64,000 bases of DNA, taken from NCBI GenBank assembly GCA_030704615.1, contig CM060733.1, forward strand, positions 16,058,001-16,122,000, given 5' to 3'. This DNA comes from Takakia lepidozioides. Its lineage: Eukaryota > Plantae > Bryophyta. The notes below the pieces were generated by a model, which saw nothing but the letters and a program-made list of their open reading frames with translations, ran no database searches and was not told the DNA's origin. How positions within the stretch are numbered: position 1 is the stretch's first letter; each line of letters starts with the position of its first letter. The position numbers and the translations under genes were made by a program. Below are positions 54,967-64,000 of this stretch, piece by piece.

Positions 54967-55195
54967 CTGTTGGTCAGAAACATGAAATACATTTTCTTTA
55001 TTTTCTTGGAAAAAGGGAATGAAGACCCAGAATACTAAGAATAGATCTGTTGGTCAGAAAAATGAAATACATTTTCTTTATTTTCTTGGAAAAAGGGAAT
55101 GAAGACCCAGAATACTAAGAATAGATCTGTTGGTCAGAAAAATGAAATACATTTTCTTTATTTGCTTGGAAAAAGGGAATGAAGACCTAGAATAA
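54967..55195. repeat. Tandem repeat, 80-bp unit, about 2.9 copies
   Basis: ctgttggtcagaaa... starts at 54967, 55047 and 55127; copies are near-identical. Confidence 0.92.
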
Positions 55196-56899
55196 TTCTT
55201 ATTCTTGCGTGTAAGTGGATGCAAAATCCCAAGGTACCCTTTGTGTTTGTGCTGTTTGCAAAACTATACGGTCCCAATGTCCTTCGCCGTCCATTCTTCG
55301 AGGAAATTGACAAAACCTCTACCTCTGCACTGACCCCTTGTTTAGAAGGGCTTATCCACTGGGCCACCCGCCCCTTGGGCAGCGGGACCCGTCCTGCCAC
55401 CCGCATTCGCTGCCGGCTGTGCAGAGGGCGGGACCCCCGCGAGTACCAGTGCCCATTATTCGGGAAACGGGCAGGGCATGTGCTGCCCGTACTCACGGAT
55501 TTTGGTCGCAGAATTCGCCATAAAGTCTACCTTCTATAAAGTGCTGTCCCCTAAACTAGAGTATTGACAACTAAGCCTTAGTAGGAGATAAGTCATCAGT
55601 ATCAAAAATGGCTAACCCATGGTTGTGCCTTTCCCATGTGTCACCTTCTATCCTTTGCTGAAAATTACTTTGTGCCTTCTTCAGGTAACACCTCCCTCAA
55701 GCAATATCTATTTAATTGGCTCCTATCAGTGCTGAAAAGAGGAAGATCCTGATGTACCTACACCTGAAAATACCTACTCCAGTAAATACCTATAGAAGTA
55801 AACACCTAAACCAGAAAACGCCCAAATCCAGTATATCACTAATTGAGGGGTACCTTATTTCAAACATAGAACAAGACTAAATCAGTGAGAAATCATTTCC
55901 AGTTAATAGATTGAGCAGCATTGTAGCACGCCAAATAGGCATTGGCCATCCAGAAAAAAACATATGAGTACCATACAGGAAAACAGAATTTGAAACTAGT
56001 GGAACAAAACTTATAATATGTAGATTCTAGAATGGTATGATATTCAATGATTTGCATGGACTTGATGGTATAAATTAACGGAAGCGAACCTTTGCACGCC
56101 CCAAAATTTGTACAGAAATTAGGAAAAATACATGAGTACTATACATGAAAACACAATTTGAAATTAGTTGTAATAATATTTATTCACTTCTGCAGAAATT
56201 AGTGCCTTTAATGAAAAAGTTTAATTAAAATGAAAAAGGTGGCAACGGAGGATGGAATATAAAAGTGTGGCAGAATCGACCCAAAACAAAGGTCTTTCAT
56301 TCTAGGTCTTTCTTTTTTTATTTCTTTTTTCCATTTTTAGGTTTTTCATTAAGGTCATATTTATTCGATTATGCATAAATTAATGGTCGAAAACAAAAGT
56401 ATTTCATTTTACATCTTTCTTTTTTAGGTCTTTCATTTAGGTCATTGATTTAGGTCATATTTATTCGGTTTTGCAGATATTAATGGTCCAAAACAAAAGT
56501 CTTTCATTTTAGGTCTTTCTTTTTTTTCCTTCTCGGCGGTTTCACAGATGTTAAGTACTATTGGACCCGCTTCTCTCAAAGCCGGTCCCTATAAGAATGT
56601 AGAACATAAAAATATAAAAATATTTCTATATTATTACACTAAAAACTATTCTCTACTCTATATAAATATATTCATATATCTATATATATATAAATATATA
56701 AATATTATATATTATATATTACTATATTCATAACCATTCTCCGGTCTACATAAAATAGATGAGGTCTGAAGCACAAATCTCTAAATTCAAAAAGGTCATT
56801 CCAATCGATCATGACAAATGTCCACTAGTCGATCGATCAACATTTTCAATACTCCCATTTCAGTGGACATTGTATCTTCCCAGATCTCCCACTCAATGG

Positions 56900-57690
56900 T
56901 CACTGACATATGTTGCCACATTTGGCATACATGTCCACGAGGGAAGTGTTCAGAATGATATCTGGTACAACTCCAGCTTTGATTACATCACCATGGACCT
57001 CTTTGCCCTTTTCCAGGGCTGCCAGGCCCACACACGCATTGCAGACACACACAAATGTGATCCGATTGGGCTTCACTCCTTCCTGCATCATTTGCTCATA
57101 GGTCTCCAAAGCCTCCATGCCACACCCATGCTGCACATATCCTGCAATCATCGAACTCCAGGACACTACATCTCGTTCAACCATATTGTCAAACTCTCCC
57201 TTTGCACCTCTGATGGTGCTGTATGCTCCCGCATTAAACATACATGTTCACAAGGGTGTTCTGTAGAAAAACATTTGGTTTGAATCCACTTTGGGTAATG
57301 TGAGAGTGCACCTGCTTTCCCATTTCCAGGCCTTTCATCTTGACGCACGCATGCAAGAGACAGACATAAGTATCTGTACCTGCTGAAATGCTTCCTTGGT
57401 TCAAAATTTGAAGAGCCTCTTTCAGTTTCCCTGCCTCACATAGTGTCCTCATATACCCGGAATTTTCAGAAGAGGTCCTGTGGACTCCCTCTCTTGGTCC
57501 TCTTTTGGAGGCTGTGGTCATTGTGAGAGTGCCTGATTTTATCAATTGTGCCCCTGCTGCTGCTTGCAGTTGACCATCTACTCATGCAGGTTTTTTTGTA
57601 GCTATCAATAAGACGGCCTCCCAAAACCAAGAAGACCCTCCCAAGTACCTTGTAAACACCAAGAAAAACCCTTGCGCAATGCAATTTCAT
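56900..57690 (-). pseudogene. Truncated PLS-class pentatricopeptide repeat (PPR) pseudogene
   Basis: LCEAGKLKEAL, TYVCLLHAC..LEMGKQVH..GFKPNVFLQNTLVNMY, FDNMVERDVVSWSSMIAGY, GVKPNRITFV, NTSLVDMYAKCG. Lesions: TAA where K is expected (NMYV*CGS), frameshifts between the three ORF pieces, and an abrupt end after about 1.5 PLS triplets. Confidence 0.85.
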
Positions 57691-58139
57691 GGCCTGTTTA
57701 GGAACAACAACCTATGATACAGATAGGGACAGCCACTTTTGCAGAACAGAAAACCTTTTTCACATCATGTAAGAAGAAAGAGAGGCGTCCTAGGGATAAA
57801 CCCTCTAAACCTTGATATGTAGGTTGTCCCACCATTGTGGAGGATAAATATGCTCACCTTTTTCCCTGGAATTCTCACTGGAGAACGCTCTCCTGGATGC
57901 GCCGTTTGAAGAAATGCCCTCCGCACAGTCGAGCTCTGCCAAACCTATCTAAACCTGTTCTAAATACCAGGCGTTATCAACCTATGTAGCCATTGCGCTC
58001 GCGCTCTCTCTTTCTCCTTTGAACATCAAACAGAAGCAGGGAGGAAAAGGGTCAGTCTCAACGAAGTACCGTTCAAGAAGTTATTTTCGGCTTTTTCGGG
58101 CAATCCGGGCAGATAGAAAGAAATTGACGACGTACAAAA

Positions 58140-58192
58140 CGTGGCGACGACAGGTGGCTACGACAGGTGGCGACGACACGTGGCGACGATGA
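58140..58192. repeat. 13-bp tandem repeat (GTGGCGACGACAC/G), about 4 copies
   Basis: cgtggcgacgacaggtggctacgacaggtggcgacgacacgtggcgacgat. Confidence 0.8.
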
Positions 58193-59144
58193 TGTAGCAC
58201 TATGGCACCCTATTCCTGCTCTACGCTAAACTAGCTCTCGACCTTCGGTCGTCGCTAGAACTAGGGCTTCACGTTGCTCCGCACTACTAGCGACGAATTC
58301 GGAGAACTACCGTTCAATTTTCACAAAATAAGGTGGGTTTCCAAATTTCATTGTTTGATGTAGCTACCTCTATCTGTGCCCTAGAAATGAGGTAGAGGTG
58401 AACCCGTATTTTCCCCTTCGTTAAGCATTTGTTTCATCAGGATCGAAATCCGGTTGTTTATCCGTTGCTCATCATTTTTTTTTAATTTTTTTTAAAGGGA
58501 AACACCTGGGAACGACAGAGTCTCACAAATCAGGCCCCTTGATAGCGAGGAGAAAATAACCTCTTTCACAGTAACCCCACCATGAAGGCTACGTAGAAAT
58601 GGGGCACCGCCCAATGGAAGGGGTAGAAGAGTGGCACTCAGTTTACTAACCAACTTAGGTACTGACTGTTGGCCATCCTTTAGTTTCTCAACATTTAACT
58701 TTATTATCTTGATAAAAAATGATTGTCTTGATAAAAATGCCTCAATACAGCAGCGACATGGCTCCTTTCTAGCCCTGACCATTTGTTTACATGGGCAATT
58801 GATGTAGATTTCAAATAGTGTGGATTCTTAATTTAATGTCCCGGTAGCTATATAAACTATTCCAAGTGTCAAATTGTCGTACAAGGAAGAACAAGCTCAT
58901 GTGAATTGTGACTGGAAGAAGATAGGCCGGTAGGCCGGTTACAAGAGGTCCATACTGGTTTTGGATTGAATTGAGGCCATGTGGTTATGAAGAGAGAAGT
59001 GCCTTGGCACTCCTGTTGGACGTAATCAAGCCAGCAGTTTTCTTTGGAGTTCTGGTAAATTCCTTGTGAATAGCAAAACAAGCAAAGAGCCTAAAATTAG
59101 TCATAGTTGGACAGAGGAAAGAGAGCTAGAAACTTTTCACTGAA

Positions 59145-60190
59145 CATGGAGCTAGGGAAGGAACATAATCACACTAAGATTTCCTTTATGTACAAATCAT
59201 TCCACACACCATGGTGGAGCTTGAGGAAACAGTTTTTGTTCGGGAGATGCATGATGTGGGGCCCGGCTTGAGACACAGTACGTGAACCCTATGTACATCC
59301 AATAAAAATATGTGCGTCCCATTGCAGCTGCAATGGAGCTGCATCTTGAAAACACTTTACAATTGTCTTTTAATATGCCTCACGACAAAAACGTACGAAC
59401 CAAAACAATGCATGTGTATTGCAAACTTGGCCAGCTGCATATCTAGAACTAAGAAAAAATCAAGTTTATTTGAAGGGAAGGGAGAAATGAAGATGAGAAT
59501 TATACCGAGCGACCTATGGACGCTGAACTCATTCTGATAGGCTTCTCCCCGGCCTCTCCCAATTAGGTAATCCAAGCATGTTCCTGTCATGTCACCATTT
59601 ACTGTCATTCAACAGGTCTGGCTACTGCTTTTTAAGTGTACTCATGATCAGCTACCTAGCGGAAGTGAAACACTAAAGCTCGTTTTTGATAGATCTATTT
59701 GTTTGCAGGATGGCTGTTCCAATGAAAATTTTAAGGGACTTCCACTACCGGGAAGATGCGGACTAGTATTGTGAAGTCAATGATAAGGGTTAGCTCAAAA
59801 ACACAAACATCTCCTTCCCCAAGGCACTGATGTAGAGCAAATTGTGCCCAATCTTGAGAGTCTAACTCCCGACTATAAGGGTGCTCCCCTGCGCATTGAG
59901 GATTCCACACTTTGCCAGAGCAATCGATCAGGCGCAAACGAAACTTCTTTGGGGTGGCATCCTCGATTCCTTGACGAATTGGAAAGGTATTTCCTGCCAT
60001 ACATGGTCAGAGACAATTTAATGGATTGATCACGCGATGCGCTTCTGTTCAATCAAGATCTAATGCTGCTAAAGAACGAGGATGGTGAAAAGTGAGAAGG
60101 TCCCACTTGCAGTGGACTTGAGAGTCTCTCATAATCAGCATGAAATGGGGGTTCTTGATCTGCCGTCCGTATGCCCTGCCCTCCATTACC
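59145..60190. repeat. Segmental tandem duplication unit (partner 62953-64000), offset about 3.8 kb
   Basis: Both segments start catggagctagggaaggaacataatc and remain colinear through 3' flank, last exon, intron and penultimate exon up to the window end. Confidence 0.92.
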
Positions 60191-61092
60191 ACAGTAGCCC
60201 TCGCATCGTCGGAAATTTCGTCACCCCTGTTGGAAACATGCGTTGGGAAGGACGTCATCGTGTCAACATTGTGTGGAACATTATCTAGATTTGGTGATTC
60301 AATCTTGACTGTGCACTTGCACGGTGGCAAGCATTTGGCCCGGTCGCGGCGGCACTGGCTTTGCCTCCCACGGAGCCATGAATCCACCCAGGTGTGGACC
60401 CAAGGATACACCCTACGTGGTGCAGTTGCCTGCCTTCGTTTGCCAAACTTGTCAAACACTCGAACAGTAAAATGAGAGTGTGAAACGAGAGTGAAGACAA
60501 GCTGGTCCCCGATCTTGAGGTCGTGGTCGAATGCAAACTCCCTCCAGCCAGTCCCGAAACGCCCGAATAGCTTCTGGCTACTTTCCATTTTGACGCCGAC
60601 CTTCCACTGCCGGCCATGTGAGCCTTCCAAGGTCACTGTTTCTGCCACCTTGTGACCGTGCACCCTCCAGAATGTACGAGGCACCATCTGTAACGTTGAC
60701 ATAGAGGATACATCAGATAACTTGCTCAAAAACATGGTGAGTCTAAGAGAACCGAGGAGGTCTGGGTGATTGAACAGTTCCAAATTATGGCAACTTAGGG
60801 CAATCTTTCCAATTAACAGCGCCGCAAATTATGGATTTACTGCAAAGACGAATCATGGTGTTTGCATATATACATATGTACCAGTCTGGGTTGAACTGAA
60901 GTGGCCAACAAGCCTTCGACGATCGTCTTTAGAGAAGAAGGGAGACTTCTTCTTCAATATGCCCACCTCCATTGCTGTCTTGAGCAACTCTTCATGACTG
61001 TTGTGACTGAAAGCATGGGCGCCCGATATTGAACATGCCCAGCCTTTGTGACCTGCAGCTCTCCCGCGAGCTCTCCCGGCTCTAGTCATCAT
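59731..61092 (-). pseudogene. B3-domain (REM-like) transcription factor, two B3 domains, probable pseudogene
   Basis: B3-1: VPRTFW..VTLEGSHGRQWKV..GWREFAFDHDLKIGDQLVFTLVSHSHFTVRVFD. B3-2: NPHFMLIM..IPFQF..WAQFALHQCLGEGDVCVFEL. Relative to the sister copy it has a 2-nt insertion near 59952, GAA>TAA at 59731-59733 and a lost splice donor near 60100. The exon ending at about 60882 is also phase-incompatible with the next acceptor. Confidence 0.75.
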
Positions 61093-63498
61093 GATCTGGA
61101 CTGTAAAACTTCCTTTCAGAACAAGAGCAGTAAGAGAGTGTGAAATTATTGCAGCACCAGCTGCATGCATGTACAATCACTTGTGATGAGAAGAGAGACT
61201 CACACATGTGTGAGTAGAAAGGGATTATGTAAAGTAGGCACTAGCTCGGGATGTGTACACTTCTGTGCTAGAGTACGAAATAATGACTGATTAGGTGTCT
61301 AATCTAGCATGCATCATCGTAATCATATTGATAATCATTTCAAGCACCATCAACCATAGACTGACCATCTTTGAGTAGTTCTGTTATACTTGGAATATCC
61401 TTTCTCCACCAGAATTGAGGAGGGATGAATTGCTATGCCGAATAAATGGTACAACGGAATCTCAACCTCAAACAGAATCGCAGGTAATGATTACCTTTGA
61501 TTGCAGAGAACGGGTCACAGAAAACTAGGTTGCAGTCAGAGGCCGAAGATGCCCGGCTCCAGATACACGGTGAAGTCAAGCACAGTTGGGCTGCCAACGG
61601 GAAGCGGAAGCCATCAATGGATCGGTCATGGTTGCAATCGCGAGAGGTGCGGTATAGCAACGCCCCGCAGATGCTGATGGACCAACCCTTCCTGGCACAA
61701 TCCCCTCTGAACTGCTGAGAAGGTCTGTGATAAGGAAAGGTAATTAGGGTCTTCATCCTATACATATCTAGATAGTTGTAGATCTTCTTAAATATCTAGA
61801 TGAAGTAGATGTAGACCTCTAACATACATAGTCTTCAGGGTTAAGAATAGCTGAAGTTCCTTTTAAAATTTTCTTAGCATTAGCTATTTTAAGAATAGGT
61901 AGAGACTAGTTAAATGAGCTGGGGGAAGAGACAAACAATCAATCTTCTTCATGACCTCTATGGTTGGGTTGAGGGCTCCTCTGTGAGAGCTCTTCCTTGT
62001 CTAGTACTAGGTTTTACAACTATTAGATCGTCTTCGCTTGCCCTGCTCTTTCCATGGGTACGCAGGCTCATGAGAAATCTCAGCTCGAACTCTGTCTTTT
62101 TTTCCTCCTACGAATGTTGGGTAAATTGTTTTTGCAGCAAACTCAGAAGTTACAATATCTTTCTGACAAGATTGACGTTCGGATTGACAATTGACTTGTC
62201 AGCTATGTGATAATCCATCTTGCTCAAATTTTCTCTCACTTTTATATCGTGGTAGGGAACTTGTCTGCTTCGTTACAAATGAAAAGATCTGATTTCAGCA
62301 AGGGGCCTAGTTTGGAGCAGTTTGTCAGAAGGCTGGTGTGTTGCAGAGGATTGTGAGGAGCAAACAGCTAATCATGCTGACTATCATGTGAAAAAGGCAA
62401 AAGGAAAACAGCCTTCATATGCAGAAATTTTTGCAAGCAACCATGATGCACAGTTGAAATTCAACTACCTTGTTGGCTCCTCCTTGCAGCAGGAGACTAG
62501 ACATCGGTGCCAGAACAAGTTTGATCCTGTTCTACCTTCCGGGCCGAGTAACCCATTCAATTCAAAGAGCCATCTGTAAGGGAGACCTCAGAATTTCAGA
62601 TACCACGCCGCTATGGACGTAGGATTACTTTACGTTCTTACCGAAAAGGGGTTGTGCTTACTCTTTGTTCTCCGAAGCGCCTTTAGAGATTGTCGGGAGG
62701 TGAATCTCCAAACTGCTGGGCTTGTCAATCTTATGATCCCTGGAATCTGTGAGCTTTGGGCAATAAACAAATGTCCCACAATTGCAACTTCTAGAGCTGG
62801 CTGCTGCTACTTGTCTGGGTGTGAATTCCAAAGCATAAGAGACAGATGACATCAAAAATATTGGTGACGGGTTCAGAAGCTTTTACAAGATTCGGGAGGG
62901 TCTAGGAGGCGAAACCAGGAGAGAGTGAAAAGAATCGCATGTCGACACTCTGCATGGAGCTAGGGAAGGAACATAATCGCAGTAAGATTTCCTTTATGTA
63001 CAAATCATTCCACACATCATGGTGGAGCCTGAGGAAACAGTTTTTGTTCGGGAAATGCATGATGTGCGGGGATTGAGAGACAGTACGTGAACCCTATGTA
63101 CATCCAATAAAAATATGTGCGTGCCATTGCAGCTGCAATGGAACTGCATCTTGAAAGCACGTTACAATTGTCTTTTAATATGCCTCACCACAAAAACGTA
63201 CGCACCAAAACAACACATGTGTATTGCAATCTTGACTGCATATCTAGAACTAAGAAAAAATCAAGTTTCCTTGAAGGGAAGGGAGAAATGAAGACGAGAA
63301 CTGTACTGAGCGACAGATGGACGCTGAACTCGTTCTTCTGATAGGCTTCTCCCTGGCCTCTCCCAATTAGGTAATCCAAGCATGTCCCTGTCATGTCACC
63401 ATTTACTGTCATTCAACAGGTTTGGCTACTGTTTGCATGGTCAGCTACGCACAAAGGCCTGGCGGAAGTGAGAACACTAAAGCTCGTTTTTGATAGAT

Positions 63499-64000
63499 CT
63501 ATCTGTTTGCAAGATGGCTGTTCCAATGAACATTTTCAGGGACTTCCACTAACGGGAAGATGCGGACCAGTATTGTGAAGTCAATGATAAGGGTTAGCTC
63601 AAAAACACAAACATCTCCTTCCCCAAGGCACTGATGTAGCGCAAATTGTGCCCAATCTTGAGAGTCCAACTCCCGACTGTAAGGGTGCTCCCCTGCGCAT
63701 TGAGGATTCCACACTTTGCCAGTGCAATCGATCAGGCGCAAACGAAACTTCTTTGGTGGCATCCTCGATTCCTTGACAAATTCGAAAGGTATTTCCTGCC
63801 ATGCATACATTCATAGACAATTAAATGAATTGATCACGCGATGCGCTTCTGTTCAATCAAGATCTGATACTCTTAAAGAACCCGAATGGTGAAAAGTGAG
63901 AACCTACCAACGAAGACTTGCCGTGGACTTGAGAGTCCCTCATAATCAGCATGAAATTGGGGTTCTTGATCTGCCGTGCGTATGCCCTGCCCTCCACTAC
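63499..64000 (-). CDS. B3-domain (REM-like) protein, 3' end only (gene continues beyond the window)
   Basis: An exon ending at 63908 (NPNFMLIMRDSQVHGKSSL|GT) joins in phase to exon 63795-63499 (EIPFEFVKESRMPPKKFRLRLID...WAQFALHQCLGEGDVCVFEL...). Confidence 0.8.

Noticed and set aside
54967-55195. Regularly spaced repeats resembling a CRISPR array
   Set aside because: Units are contiguous near-identical 80-mers with no unique spacers; eukaryotic context and no cas genes.

Overview
Eukaryotic nuclear DNA from a non-seed land plant, probably a bryophyte (inferred from spliced plant genes, a PLS-class PPR, B3 genes and plant TE families). Spliced genes reconstructed from GT/GC-AG boundaries: a JmjC ribosomal oxygenase NO66/RIOX1 (5' part, runs off the left edge), a pathogen-related SnoaL-like protein, UTP15, plastid type-A FtsH (with one GC-AG intron), a MOT2/MFSD5 molybdate transporter and a PIRL LRR protein. 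There is also a PLS-PPR pseudogene and a tandem pair of B3/REM genes, one decayed and one apparently intact but truncated by the window edge. Intergenic DNA is TE-rich. (i) The 3' end of a Ty3/gypsy-type element, with an unexplained extra ORF before the PPT, abuts an endonuclease-bearing Helitron (Helentron/HLE2-like). (ii) An 11.9-kb non-autonomous Mutator-like element (about 80-bp TIRs, 9-bp TSD) contains a 6.4-kb CACTA element (29-bp TIRs, 3-bp TSD). The CACTA has captured, duplicated and shuffled pieces of a PPR gene closely resembling the PPR pseudogene about 23 kb downstream. (iii) Three LINE 3' remnants, a gypsy integrase remnant and several MITEs. All coordinates were read by eye. TE termini and exon edges are given to the base; decayed remnants are approximate.
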